DNA of 64,000 nt from a virus (IMGVR_UViG_2974731182_000001), one strand, 5' to 3'. Shown: positions 18,702-29,294, counted from the stretch's first letter. Notes: generated from the sequence alone by a model not told the origin. Numbers and translations: made by a program.

Positions 18702-19307
18702 ATGGAAGCAAGAAAAATCACAATCGTATCGACAAAGAGACAAGAGAAAAGTGTAATTATGTCTGATGCCACTACACTAGAGGAACTGAAAAGAGACTTG
18801 GACAAGGCAAACATAGATTATGAAGGTATGGTATTTTATGAAGGAGTTTCAAAAACTGAGTTAGTTAATAATAATTCTGTTCTTCCTTCTAATATCCCCT
18901 ACAGAGGACAAACTACCAATGAACTTGTATTCATGTTGACTAATCCCAACAAAAAGATTAAGTCTGGAGCTATGAATAGAAAGGAGATCTATGCTCTTAT
19001 CAAGAAACACAATTTGCAAAAGGCCTGTCTTGAAAATTATAAAAAAGATTACACCAGATGTAAATCTGAAGATCTTCTCAAATTAATTGAATATAGTAGT
19101 TGCACTTCTAATAAACAGCCTGTTGAAATGGTAGACCCTAATATCAGGCTAATAAAGGAAGTAGAAGGACTTAGAAAGTCTGTGGATCTTATACTTCAGA
19201 CTCTGCAGCATCCGCATGTCATTAATAATTCAGATAATATAAAATCAGGTGAGATTAATTCATCCTATTCTGATGCTGAAATTGATGAGATGTTTGATTT
19301 TGTTTGA
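18702..19307 (+). CDS. hypothetical protein
   Basis: 201-aa ORF followed by a terminator. The N-terminal ~90 aa have a beta-grasp-like alternation; this is speculative. Confidence 0.5.
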   Translation: MEARKITIVSTKRQEKSVIMSDATTLEELKRDLDKANIDYEGMVFYEGVSKTELVNNNSVLPSNIPYRGQTTNELVFMLTNPNKKIKSGAMNRKEIYALIKKHNLQKACLENYKKDYTRCKSEDLLKLIEYSSCTSNKQPVEMVDPNIRLIKEVEGLRKSVDLILQTLQHPHVINNSDNIKSGEINSSYSDAEIDEMFDFV

Positions 19308-19325
19308 TAAAGTTTTTGTTTATTA

Positions 19326-19359
19326 GCAGGTAAGAATCCTTCTTACCTGCTTTTTTTTT
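19326..19359 (+). terminator. Rho-independent terminator
   Basis: 10-bp stem GCAGGTAAGA/TCTTACCTGC, then T9. Confidence 0.7.
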
Positions 19360-19369
19360 ATTATGTAAT

Positions 19370-20677
19370 ATGGTAGGAGAGAAAACCAGGGAATTCATAA
19401 GAGCTGAACTTGAGAAGCAATTTGAAAAGGTAACAAACGTACTAGGAGTATTTGAAGATTTCTTTGGAGAAGATAAGGTAGACCTACAAGGTATCCCTAC
19501 TGTCTCTAAGATAGAAGAAGTTTTCTTGGGACTCTATGGAGAAAAAAGCATTGGAAGCTTAGGTGAACTATCACATATAGAGGCAGATATGCATAGTACA
19601 GAACTTGTAAAGGATGTGCCAGATGAAATTTTAAGTAGTACTTCTAGTGTTATGGTAGTTATTTCGGAGGTACTTTATCATGTAGTTCATGAAAGCAGTA
19701 TAAAAATTATTGTGTATTTCCCAGAAGTAAGGGTTAGTAATGAGTATAATAAATTTATAGATATTACCGAACTATATACCAAGATATCCTTAGATTTACA
19801 AGGTACGATGGTAGGAAGTTTTTCTTTCAATAGAGGGGAATACACAATAGAGCAATATCTTAGTGACTACATGCATTCTCATGTATGTGGTATACCGAGA
19901 AATAATCCTGAAAGATTTCTTGAAGTATGTTTAGGATCGGGTCCTATAAGAAATACAGTAAATAACTTAAATGCTAATTATGATCTAGATATTTGGAGAC
20001 TATTTTGTGTAGAGTTAGATAAATACGTAGCAACTGAATCTATAAGTGGAGGCCCCTACAGAAGGTTGGGGAATGTAAGTTTTCATGGTACTAGTATGAT
20101 AGCATCCTTGAGTATTAATACTTCAACAGGTATACCACAAAATCTAGTGCCCATGATTAACGAATTTATCAAATACTTCATAAAGCAGAAAAAGTTAGTC
20201 TTTAATTATAGGAACGGAAGCTACTCTATTGGTATGAATTTAACAAAATTTATATTACTAGTAAGCAATGAGTTCATCACTTGGTTCAATACTAATGGTA
20301 GATACAAGTACGCAAAGAGTGAGATAGAAAGAAATTATGCGTCCATGAGAAATATCATAACAACGGTATCTGTAACTAACAATGCTATCTACAAGATAAG
20401 AGAGATGCCTAATCGTTTAATAGATAACGGATCTAATCTTGGAGTAATAGGAACATTTAAAGGGAAAGAGATAGTAGTTCGCATAGTAGGATGGGATAAT
20501 AGCAGTAATAATTTAACTACTATACTGGTTCCAGAAGTAATAGGTTATATATTAGGTAAGATACTAAAGGTAATAAATTGTGAATATGGAAAAAATAGAC
20601 CGAGCTCTAGAAATGAACAAGAACAAAATGGAGAAACAGAGAATTCCAGTAACCAGGAGTACTACTACTACTTATAA
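19370..20677 (+). CDS. hypothetical 435-aa protein upstream of JAB/E1 pair
   Basis: ORF in the track; no motif recognised with confidence. Confidence 0.5.
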   Translation: MVGEKTREFIRAELEKQFEKVTNVLGVFEDFFGEDKVDLQGIPTVSKIEEVFLGLYGEKSIGSLGELSHIEADMHSTELVKDVPDEILSSTSSVMVVISEVLYHVVHESSIKIIVYFPEVRVSNEYNKFIDITELYTKISLDLQGTMVGSFSFNRGEYTIEQYLSDYMHSHVCGIPRNNPERFLEVCLGSGPIRNTVNNLNANYDLDIWRLFCVELDKYVATESISGGPYRRLGNVSFHGTSMIASLSINTSTGIPQNLVPMINEFIKYFIKQKKLVFNYRNGSYSIGMNLTKFILLVSNEFITWFNTNGRYKYAKSEIERNYASMRNIITTVSVTNNAIYKIREMPNRLIDNGSNLGVIGTFKGKEIVVRIVGWDNSSNNLTTILVPEVIGYILGKILKVINCEYGKNRPSSRNEQEQNGETENSSNQEYYYYL

Positions 20678-20678
20678 A

Positions 20679-21773
20679 ATGGTAATACCAAGAGAAATAG
20701 AAGAGAAAATAAGATATATATGTAGAAAGGTATGGAAAGATGAATGGTCTGGAATTCTATTCTATACAGTTGAAGGATCCTTCAAAGATGGTAGCTTAAT
20801 TATAAAGTGTAGGGATATATATGTTATGGATATTGGAAGTGTCACCTATACAGAGTTTGATATGTCCCCTGATGTGGTCAGTTATATGGCAAATAATTCT
20901 GAATTGCTTGATTGTCAGATGGGGCTGATTCATTCACATAACAATATGAGCACATTCTTTAGTGGAACGGATATTCGAACCCTGGAAGAAGAAGGATTGG
21001 ATAGGAATCACTTTGTCTCTTTGATAGTTAATAATCAAGGAAGTTACACAGCTGCTATAACTAGAAAATTAATTAACAAACATATCACTGAAAGTTTCTG
21101 CTATCCTAGTTTTGGAAATGTGCAAATTAGTGAGGTTAGAGATTCTAAAGAGACTACCACTGAAGAATTAGAATATTACTATCTTGATATAGAAGTAGAA
21201 GGATATAATGAACATACAGCATTAGAAACCAGACTTGAAGAGATAGAAAAATCTAAGGAGTCTAAGATCGAAGAGGTAAAAAGTAAATTTAATGCTCCTT
21301 ATAGTAATCTTTTCCCTATACGTAATTCATTGATACGAGAGAATACATACGATCTAGAAGAAAACAAATTGGGTTGGAGACAATCCACTTTAGATTTTGA
21401 AGATAACGTGAAGAAGTATACCTTTAATAAAGCTTTGGCAAAGTCTCTGGCTCTTCAATTAGTAACAGGAAGTGTAGTTATTCCTAGAGAAAGTAAAATA
21501 AATATAAAATCTTGGGTAACAGGAATGGTTCCTATCTATGAGAGAAGATTTGGGAAGGGAGAAGAAGGATTGGATATATTTGAGAAATGGGCTGAAGGGT
21601 TCATAGAGTTTCTATGTTGGTTTACAATAGATGAAGATCTAATTAAACAAGGAGTAGAGGAAGATGAAATGAATGTATTATGTGCTGTAGCTATCAAGGA
21701 AGAACTACAAGAGCTTGATAATAATGTATATATAGAGAAATTTGTTAAAATATTAGATACTTATATTTACTAG
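20679..21773 (+). CDS. JAB/MPN (JAMM) metalloprotease-domain protein
   Basis: JAMM signature E...HxH-x7-S-x2-D: 'REIEEK...' followed by 'LIHSHNNMSTFFSGTDIRT'. The track ORF starts at 20580 and overlaps the upstream gene. The ATG at 20679, right after the upstream stop, is the more likely start. Confidence 0.65.
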   Translation: MVIPREIEEKIRYICRKVWKDEWSGILFYTVEGSFKDGSLIIKCRDIYVMDIGSVTYTEFDMSPDVVSYMANNSELLDCQMGLIHSHNNMSTFFSGTDIRTLEEEGLDRNHFVSLIVNNQGSYTAAITRKLINKHITESFCYPSFGNVQISEVRDSKETTTEELEYYYLDIEVEGYNEHTALETRLEEIEKSKESKIEEVKSKFNAPYSNLFPIRNSLIRENTYDLEENKLGWRQSTLDFEDNVKKYTFNKALAKSLALQLVTGSVVIPRESKINIKSWVTGMVPIYERRFGKGEEGLDIFEKWAEGFIEFLCWFTIDEDLIKQGVEEDEMNVLCAVAIKEELQELDNNVYIEKFVKILDTYIY

Positions 21774-21788
21774 AAGAGATATTATTAT

Positions 21789-22754
21789 ATGAGAAAGTTA
21801 GATGGAAACACTGGGAATGTTTCACCTATCCATCAGGATGTGAAGACCCTAACAAAATTAATTATAAAGGGAGAGATACCAAGCATTGAACAAATTACTT
21901 ATAATGGATTGCCTACTAATAAAGTTAAAATAGGAGATGAAATATTCTATCTCGATGCAGAGGAATGCTCTATGCTAGTAGATGAAATGGTAGCTCACTG
22001 CTTAATTGAAGATAAGATCCCTGAAAATTCTAAGACTTTGTTGATAAGTGAGGAGACATCAAGATTTAGCTCTGCTATTTGGTTTGATAAAATACGTCAG
22101 CAAAATGTTACTCTAGCTGGGTTAGGAGGAATAGGAAGTTACGTGGCATTTCTATTATCTAGATTGGGTATTAATACAATGACACTCTATGATCCAGATA
22201 CAGTAGAGAGAGTTAATCTGTCTGGGCAGCTATATAGTGAAAATCAAATAGGTGATTACAAAGTAAATGCTATATCAGATATGATGGTAAAGTATTCAGA
22301 CTATTATGGTGTTATAGCCAAGAATAAGAAGCTAGATAAGAGCTCAGCGGTAGATAAAATAACTATTTGTGGATTTGATAATATGAAAGCCAGAAAAGAG
22401 GCTTTTGAAAATTGGACTAATCTTGTAGACGGGTTAATTGATGAGGAACGGGAAAAATGTCTATTTATAGACGGTAGATTAGCAGCGGAAGAATTTCAGG
22501 TATTCTGTATAAAAGGGAGTGATATAGGAAGTATGCTGAATTATAGATCTTATTTTTTATTTTCAGATTATCAAGCTGATGCTACAGTATGTAGTTATAA
22601 ACAAACTACCTTTATGGCCAATATGATTGGATCCATTATAGTTAATTTATTTGTTAACTTCATAGCGAATCAGTGTGATCCTCTTATAGATAGGGATCTC
22701 CCATTCTATACTGAATATAATGCGGAAACAATGTACTTTAAAACTGTAGTATAA
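21789..22754 (+). CDS. E1-like ThiF/MoeB-family adenylyltransferase
   Basis: Rossmann nucleotide loop 'LAGLGGIGSYVAFLL' followed by 'LYDPDTVERVNLSGQLY' (equivalent to the ThiF/E1 'D.D.V..SNL.RQ' motif). Confidence 0.65.
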   Translation: MRKLDGNTGNVSPIHQDVKTLTKLIIKGEIPSIEQITYNGLPTNKVKIGDEIFYLDAEECSMLVDEMVAHCLIEDKIPENSKTLLISEETSRFSSAIWFDKIRQQNVTLAGLGGIGSYVAFLLSRLGINTMTLYDPDTVERVNLSGQLYSENQIGDYKVNAISDMMVKYSDYYGVIAKNKKLDKSSAVDKITICGFDNMKARKEAFENWTNLVDGLIDEEREKCLFIDGRLAAEEFQVFCIKGSDIGSMLNYRSYFLFSDYQADATVCSYKQTTFMANMIGSIIVNLFVNFIANQCDPLIDRDLPFYTEYNAETMYFKTVV

Positions 22755-23458
22755 TGGTTTTTTCAGATAGATATATAAGCACTCTACACAGATTATTAGT
22801 AGTTCCTACTTATTCAGTAACTTCTCTAGCACACTTGGACAATAATAATATGAATCCATATAAGGTAATTATTGAGGCTGATATAAAAACAAGTTCAGAG
22901 ATAGAGGTTCCTACTGTATTAAGACAAGTGCTTTACAGAACAAATACAGATATAGCTAGAGAAATACTCTCAAAAAAGAATAGAATAGGGACTCTAGTAG
23001 CCTTGGAAAGCAAAAGTTGTAATGCTTCAGGGAGTATCGCATTAATTAAGGCTCTAACTAGCTCACATCTCTTACATAAAGGATTTTGTAAGGGCCAAAT
23101 ATACTATGGGTGTAAAGGAGTAATATTCGATAAAGATATGAGAATGCTATTAATGGTAAATGAACGTTGCAGGGTTGGTGACCATAGATTTATACCTACT
23201 GGAAAGATAGTAGTGCATGTATCTCCTACAATATTTCTAGATAGATCAGGCATGTTAGAGAAGTATATAATTAATAAGATTATCCCTGCTTTTCTATACA
23301 AAGATGAAAACTATGAAAATAGGTATGAAGTAAAAATAAAGGTAGATAATGCAGAGGAATTTATAAGAACTATTCAGCCTCCTAAAGACAGAGATGTAAA
23401 CGAAACTCTAAACAATCTTTTAGAGAATAATATTAATCACTTATTACTACAGAGATGA
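22754..23458 (+). CDS. hypothetical protein downstream of E1-like gene
   Basis: 234 aa; start overlaps the E1-like stop (TAATG). Confidence 0.5.
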   Translation: MVFSDRYISTLHRLLVVPTYSVTSLAHLDNNNMNPYKVIIEADIKTSSEIEVPTVLRQVLYRTNTDIAREILSKKNRIGTLVALESKSCNASGSIALIKALTSSHLLHKGFCKGQIYYGCKGVIFDKDMRMLLMVNERCRVGDHRFIPTGKIVVHVSPTIFLDRSGMLEKYIINKIIPAFLYKDENYENRYEVKIKVDNAEEFIRTIQPPKDRDVNETLNNLLENNINHLLLQR

Positions 23459-24132
23459 CAATAGAAGAGTACTTTGGTGGTTGGACTAAAGTGATTGATA
23501 AAATAGAGCTTAATCATGTACTGAGTGTGTTATCTAAGGAGTATCTAAGTAAATCTGTATGTCCAAACCAGACTGATGTATTTAAAGCCTTCAAATTATG
23601 TCCATTCGAAGATTTGAAAGTAGTATTTCTAGGGCAGGATCCTTATCCCCAGAAAGGAGTAGCCACTGGTATATTATTTGGGAACAAGAAAGAAGTTCTT
23701 GAAGAGGATTTATCACCTTCTTTGAAAATAATAAAAGAAGCGGTAATAAATTTTGAGATTCCACATAATAATATTATCTTTGACCAAACTTTAGAGAATT
23801 GGGCCAAACAGGGTATATTGATGATTAATTCTGCCCTTACTGTAGAGATGAATAAGATAGGCTCTCATGTCATGTTATGGAGGCCATTCATATCTAAACT
23901 ACTAAAAAATCTTTCAGAAAGCTCATGTTCTATTGTATATGTGTTATTTGGTAAGCAAGCTGAAACATTTAATCCGTATATTAATAAGAAATTTAATCAT
24001 GTCTTGAAAATTGAACATCCAGCATATTTTGCAAGAAATAGAATAAAGATGCCTCATTATCTATTTACTGAAATAGATAAGAAACTAAATGATATTTATG
24101 GATACTCCATAAAATGGTATGAAGAATATTAA
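23455..24132 (+). CDS. ung: uracil-DNA glycosylase (family 1)
   Basis: 'LGQDPYPQKG' matches the UNG water-activating loop 'GQDPYH'. 'ILMINSALTV' matches 'LLLNAVLTV'. The C-terminal 'IEHPAYF' matches the 'HPSPLS' leucine loop. Confidence 0.8.
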   Translation: MTIEEYFGGWTKVIDKIELNHVLSVLSKEYLSKSVCPNQTDVFKAFKLCPFEDLKVVFLGQDPYPQKGVATGILFGNKKEVLEEDLSPSLKIIKEAVINFEIPHNNIIFDQTLENWAKQGILMINSALTVEMNKIGSHVMLWRPFISKLLKNLSESSCSIVYVLFGKQAETFNPYINKKFNHVLKIEHPAYFARNRIKMPHYLFTEIDKKLNDIYGYSIKWYEEY

Positions 24133-24152
24133 CATTAAGAAAAAAAAAAACA

Positions 24153-24701
24153 ATGAGTACAAAGAAGTATTACACGAGAGCAGGTGAAGAAGTAAAGATG
24201 GGTGACGTTCTAAGAAGAGAACGTAGGGGAGATTACTTTGCTATAATTCAAGAATTTACTGTACTTCCTAATAGTATAAGTAAACTAATTAAAAAAGGTT
24301 TAATAGTAGAGAGAGAAGATCCAGAAAAAGGACCCCTTAAATCTGAAAAAGATGCGGAGTATTATCTTAATAAAATATTCCAAAAATCTAGTCTAGATGA
24401 AGAGAATTCTACGGAATTCCTTTTTACCTTACTTAATATTTGGCCAGCTTCACTATATACTATGTTCTTAAGGGAAATAGCTATCGACCTAGATGCTAAT
24501 TATAAAGATCATATTAGTAATAGCCCTAGCATATACATAGTAGATATAGCTAGTATGAGAATTTATAACCTACCCAAAGCATATATCAAGAATTATAAAA
24601 ACTTCGCTGCTTTCAGATCTAGCAAAGAAGCCCTAATTGCTCTTGAATTATTGAAAGAGTTTCAAAATATACTAGAGCACGAATATCCTGACCCTAAATG
24701 A
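24153..24701 (+). CDS. hypothetical protein
   Basis: 182-aa ORF. Confidence 0.5.
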   Translation: MSTKKYYTRAGEEVKMGDVLRRERRGDYFAIIQEFTVLPNSISKLIKKGLIVEREDPEKGPLKSEKDAEYYLNKIFQKSSLDEENSTEFLFTLLNIWPASLYTMFLREIAIDLDANYKDHISNSPSIYIVDIASMRIYNLPKAYIKNYKNFAAFRSSKEALIALELLKEFQNILEHEYPDPK

Positions 24702-25210
24702 AAATTGCGAATAAAAAGATAAGGAATGCTACTGTCTGCAAGGATAGTAGCATTACCTTTAAGAGTGTTACGGAGAAGAGGTTTTATAATATCCTTCTGC
24801 AGCATGGATTCAATCCTCAATATGAGCCTAAGACTTTTACTTTATGGGATGGGTTTCAACCAATAACCCCTTATTACGATAAGGAGACAGACAAGCAGGT
24901 AGCCAAAAGACTCGAAGAAGGAGTAAATGACTGCCCTTCAAAAATGTTAGTACAGAAGACTGGGAAAATAGTAGGCATCAGATATACTCCGGACTTCTAT
25001 TTTAAGTATAATGGACTCAATGTCTATATCGAGGCTAAGGGGATAGAAAATGATGTATTTTATATCAAGAAGAAAATGTTTTTGTATTACTTGGACCAGC
25101 TCTACACAAAGAGCGGTGAAAGATCTATATATTTTGAGGTGTATACAAAAAAACAACTTCTTCAAGCAATAGAAATTATAAAAAATTATGAGCAGCACAC
25201 CTGTAGATAG
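24698..25210 (+). CDS. probable PD-(D/E)XK-fold nuclease
   Basis: 'YTPDFYF...NVYIEAKG' fits a PD...(D/E)xK arrangement. Confidence 0.4.
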   Translation: MKIANKKIRNATVCKDSSITFKSVTEKRFYNILLQHGFNPQYEPKTFTLWDGFQPITPYYDKETDKQVAKRLEEGVNDCPSKMLVQKTGKIVGIRYTPDFYFKYNGLNVYIEAKGIENDVFYIKKKMFLYYLDQLYTKSGERSIYFEVYTKKQLLQAIEIIKNYEQHTCR

Positions 25211-25460
25211 AATTAGGAAATTAATTGGTTTACTTCCTGAAAAGGATATTCATTTAGGCTATAAATTCCTAGATAATAGAGACTTTTACTCGTTGAAGGA
25301 GCTAGTAGATTCTGCAATAAATAAGATACGAATGGACAGAAGGAAAGAAAATCCTAGGCCAGAATATTTAAAGATTGATCTAGACAGCCTTAATGTGTTA
25401 AAGTCTGAGGTAGATGTGTACTTAATGCAACTTGATTTTCCTAGTGATTTAGAGTATTAA
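25188..25460 (+). CDS. hypothetical protein
   Basis: 90-aa ORF. Confidence 0.4.
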   Translation: MSSTPVDRIRKLIGLLPEKDIHLGYKFLDNRDFYSLKELVDSAINKIRMDRRKENPRPEYLKIDLDSLNVLKSEVDVYLMQLDFPSDLEY

Positions 25461-25463
25461 GGT

Positions 25464-26504
25464 ATGAAATCTTTGTATGATATTTCTTGGAAAGTGAATG
25501 AAGAGGAGTATAGATCTGACCCAGCTTATTCTTATTCTGTTATAGCCAGATTTAATAGAGAAGGATTTAATGGTTTAGGCAATCTATATGATAAAATAGA
25601 GACTCCTTCTTTGTTATTTGGAAGTATGGTAGATACTCTTCTTACAGATGGTCAAGAAGAGTTCGATAGAAAATATGAGGTAGCTGAACTTCCTGATATT
25701 AGTGACTCACTAGCTCAAATAGCTAAAATGCTATTCAACACATATCATGAATCTTGTAAGAGTATAGAGCAAATACCAGATGATGCTATATCAAAGATAG
25801 GAGAATCTTGTGGGTATTATTCCAATCCTAAGTATGCCTCCTATAGAATAAGAAAGATAAAAGAAGAGTGTAGAGATTATTACTCTCTATTATTTTTATC
25901 CAAAGATAAAACATTAGTATCAACTAAAGATTACATGAGTGCCTGTGAATGTGTAGAAGTATTGAAAACACATAGAATGACTAAGTGGTACTTTGAACCT
26001 AATAACCCGTTTAATCCTGAAATAGAGAGGTTTTATCAATTAAAGTTCAAAGGAGAATGGAATAGGATCCCATTGAGATGTATGGCCGACTTACTCATAG
26101 TCGATCATAAAGAGAAGTTTATTATACCCTGTGATTTAAAAACATCTGGAAAGAATGAATGGGAATTTTATAAATCTTTTATAGATTGGAACTATTGGAT
26201 TCAAGCCCAGCTTTACTGGTATCTTATAAGACAGGCTCTGGATAAAGATGAACTTTATAAAAATTATAAATTATTAGATTATAGATTTATAGTAATCAAT
26301 AAATATAATAAAAAGCCTCTTGTATGGATATATGATGATACTGTCGGATTTGAGGATCATATCTATGGAAGAAATAGACAATATTTGTGTAGGCATTGGA
26401 GTAAGATAGTATCGGAGCTCCATTATTACTCTACTCATAATGTAGAATATCCTACGAATATTTCAAAAACTAATATAATAACAGAGTGGCTAAATGAAGA
26501 ATGA
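25464..26504 (+). CDS. PD-(D/E)XK exonuclease (YqaJ/lambda-exo-like recombination nuclease)
   Basis: 'MADLLIVDHKEKFIIPCDLKTSGK' (D...D-x-K core) in a 346-aa protein, located near the ATPase/annealing-type genes. Confidence 0.5.
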   Translation: MKSLYDISWKVNEEEYRSDPAYSYSVIARFNREGFNGLGNLYDKIETPSLLFGSMVDTLLTDGQEEFDRKYEVAELPDISDSLAQIAKMLFNTYHESCKSIEQIPDDAISKIGESCGYYSNPKYASYRIRKIKEECRDYYSLLFLSKDKTLVSTKDYMSACECVEVLKTHRMTKWYFEPNNPFNPEIERFYQLKFKGEWNRIPLRCMADLLIVDHKEKFIIPCDLKTSGKNEWEFYKSFIDWNYWIQAQLYWYLIRQALDKDELYKNYKLLDYRFIVINKYNKKPLVWIYDDTVGFEDHIYGRNRQYLCRHWSKIVSELHYYSTHNVEYPTNISKTNIITEWLNEE

Positions 26505-29061
26505 TTTGTTAGATTACTTTAATGGGGATGAATTAGCAGCTTCTACATGGAAAAACAAGTATGCTATGGAAGGAGAGAAAACTCCTGATGATATGCATAG
26601 AAGACTTGCTAAGGAATTTGGTAGAATAGAGAAAAAATATGTGAACAACACTTCTATTAGCCAAAAAGATAAGCTAATGTTATCTCCTTATGGATATAAT
26701 AGAAAAGAGCTGAATGAGAAAAATATATATGAATTATTTAAAGGATTCAAGTATGTAATCCCTGGTGGTTCTGTTATGTCTGGACTTGGTACTGGAAGGT
26801 TAGTTTCCTTATCTAATTGCTTTGTAATAGGATCTCCAGAAGATAGCTATTCTAGTATAATGAATACTAGAAGTCAACAGGTTCAACTTATGAAAAGACG
26901 TGGAGGTGTAGGTTATGATCTATCCAACTTGAGACCAAGAGGAACTAAAGTAAATAATGCTGCAAAAGTATCTACAGGGGCAGCCTCTTTCATGGAAGTA
27001 TGTTCTGATATTACTAATGAAGTAGCACAAGGAGGTCGTAGGGGAGCTTTAATGTTGAGTATAAATATAAATCATCCTGATATTGAGGAATTTATCACTA
27101 AGAAACAAGATCTTACCAAAGTGACTGGTGCTAATATTAGTGTGAAGGTTACAGATGAATTTATGAAAGCAGTAGTTGATGATAAGGATTATTTGCTTAG
27201 ATGGCCAGTACATGCTAACTATGATCCATCACAACTAGAGGAGATGGAATATGACAAGTTGCTTTGTATTGGAGAATCTCTTTCCGTTGATAAGAGGGTT
27301 TATCTGAAAAAGATTAAAGCAAGAAAATTATGGAATACTCTAATGCATTGTGCATACAATACTGCAGAACCTGGAATAATATTTGAAAGTACCATGCATA
27401 ATTATGCTCCTGATGGTGTTTATGAAGAATTTAAGATGATCGGGACAAATCCTTGCGGTGAAATACCAATGGGTCCCTTTGATAGTTGTAGATTAATTCA
27501 TATTAATTTAACAAGTTACATAGTAGACCCATTTACAGATGAAGCTTACATTGATAAAGAATTGCTCTATAAGCATTCTTACGAAGCTATGAGATTAGCA
27601 GATGACTTGGTAGATCTTGAACTGGAAGCCATAGATAAAATCATAAATGTAGTTAAAGATGAAAAAGATTTTGTAGAATTTAATCTGTGGAATAGGATAA
27701 AGGAGACTACTAGAAGAGGTAGAAGAGCAGGTCTTGGGTTTACTGGGTTAGCAGATGCCATAGCTATGTTAGGATTGAAATATGACTCTGACGAGGGTAT
27801 TGAAAATGTAGAGCAACTGATGAAGATTATATTCAATGGTCAGTTTGATGCTCAAATAGATATGGCTATTGAAAGAGGAGCATTCCCAGCCTGGGATGCA
27901 TCCAAGGAGTTTGAAACCAAAGAATCACTTGTTTTTGGTAAGAATGAGTGGTATAATTTCATTAATGAAAATTTCACCTCAACAACTGCTAAAATGAGAT
28001 GTTATGGTCGAAGGAATATAAGCTGGTCAACCGTCGCACCTACAGGTACTGTGAGTATTATGGCTCAATGTTCTTCTGGTATTGAACCTGTGTTTTTACC
28101 TTTCTATGAAAGAAAAAGAAAATGTATGTCTCCTAATGACAGAGCCGACTACACAGATGTGAAGGGGGAGAAATATACCCTATTTACCGTGGTTCATCCT
28201 AATCTAGCAAAGTGGCTTTGTTCTTCTACATTCGGAGGTAACTTTAATAGTAATGAATACCTAGAGAGGTTGCAGGATATAGAGTATCTTAAAGTAGCTT
28301 TCAAGGAGAGTCCATATTATGAATCCACCGCATCAGAAATTAATTGGAGGCAGAGAATTAAGTTGCAGGGCATTATACAAAAATATATTACCCATAGCAT
28401 CAGTTCCACTATAAATCTACCAAAAGAAGTTACTGAGGAAGAAATTGCTGATATCTATATAGAAGCATGGAAAACTGGAAATAAAGGACAGACTATATAT
28501 AGAGATGGTTGTAGGGAAGGAGTCTTGAATAAGATAGAAAAGCCTAGTACTATAAGTAATAGACAAGCTCCTAAGAGACCTAAAGAGCTTGAAGCTGACT
28601 ATCATCAAGTCAAAGTGAAAGGGGAACAATTTATCGTTCTTGTAGGATTGTTAGAAGGGAAACCTTATGAAATTTTTGCATTCAGACCTCTAAGACCTAT
28701 TGATATTCCTCCCCATAAAGGAAAGATTATCAAGAAAGGTAAAATGCACTACAGCTTTGATAGTAAGTTTATTCAATTATCTGATTTACAGTTGGCTAAT
28801 ACTAATATAGAGGAGAAAGCCGCTACTTTATATTCATCAATGCTATTAAGACATGGAGTTAGTATTGAGTTTATTACTAAAACAGCCAAAAAAGTAAATG
28901 ATAATATAACTTCTTTCAGTTCTGCTATGTGTAGGATATTAGCAAAGTATATCAAGTCTTCTGAGGTTAAGGGAGAAGTATGCCCAGAGTGCGGTGGAAA
29001 CCTAGTTAGAGATGGAGGTTGTACACACTGCATGAATTGTGGTTATTCAAGATGTGATTAA
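26494..29061 (+). CDS. nrdJ: Ribonucleotide reductase, class II-like (NrdJ family)
   Basis: Active-site 'TNPCGEIPMG' motif; C-terminal CxxC...CxxC zinc ribbon 'CPECGG...CTHCMNCG'; 855 aa. Confidence 0.75.
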   Translation: MKNDLLDYFNGDELAASTWKNKYAMEGEKTPDDMHRRLAKEFGRIEKKYVNNTSISQKDKLMLSPYGYNRKELNEKNIYELFKGFKYVIPGGSVMSGLGTGRLVSLSNCFVIGSPEDSYSSIMNTRSQQVQLMKRRGGVGYDLSNLRPRGTKVNNAAKVSTGAASFMEVCSDITNEVAQGGRRGALMLSININHPDIEEFITKKQDLTKVTGANISVKVTDEFMKAVVDDKDYLLRWPVHANYDPSQLEEMEYDKLLCIGESLSVDKRVYLKKIKARKLWNTLMHCAYNTAEPGIIFESTMHNYAPDGVYEEFKMIGTNPCGEIPMGPFDSCRLIHINLTSYIVDPFTDEAYIDKELLYKHSYEAMRLADDLVDLELEAIDKIINVVKDEKDFVEFNLWNRIKETTRRGRRAGLGFTGLADAIAMLGLKYDSDEGIENVEQLMKIIFNGQFDAQIDMAIERGAFPAWDASKEFETKESLVFGKNEWYNFINENFTSTTAKMRCYGRRNISWSTVAPTGTVSIMAQCSSGIEPVFLPFYERKRKCMSPNDRADYTDVKGEKYTLFTVVHPNLAKWLCSSTFGGNFNSNEYLERLQDIEYLKVAFKESPYYESTASEINWRQRIKLQGIIQKYITHSISSTINLPKEVTEEEIADIYIEAWKTGNKGQTIYRDGCREGVLNKIEKPSTISNRQAPKRPKELEADYHQVKVKGEQFIVLVGLLEGKPYEIFAFRPLRPIDIPPHKGKIIKKGKMHYSFDSKFIQLSDLQLANTNIEEKAATLYSSMLLRHGVSIEFITKTAKKVNDNITSFSSAMCRILAKYIKSSEVKGEVCPECGGNLVRDGGCTHCMNCGYSRCD

Positions 29062-29078
29062 CTAATAACTATTTAATT

Positions 29079-29294
29079 ATGGAAATTGTAGTATTGGATT
29101 ATCAAAGTTCCACCGTGGATTGTATAAAAATACCAGAGGAGGTGGCTAATAAAATAGATAATGTAGAAGAGTACCTTAAAGCTATAGGATATAACGCAGA
29201 TAGTATCTCTTTTATGGTAGGAAGTAAAATTATGTTTAAAAAGAAGAGGGCTTTGACTCCCCCTCATATAGTAGATTACAATTATTTGTTTTAA
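29079..29294 (+). CDS. hypothetical protein
   Basis: 71-aa ORF. Confidence 0.35.
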   Translation: MEIVVLDYQSSTVDCIKIPEEVANKIDNVEEYLKAIGYNADSISFMVGSKIMFKKKRALTPPHIVDYNYLF

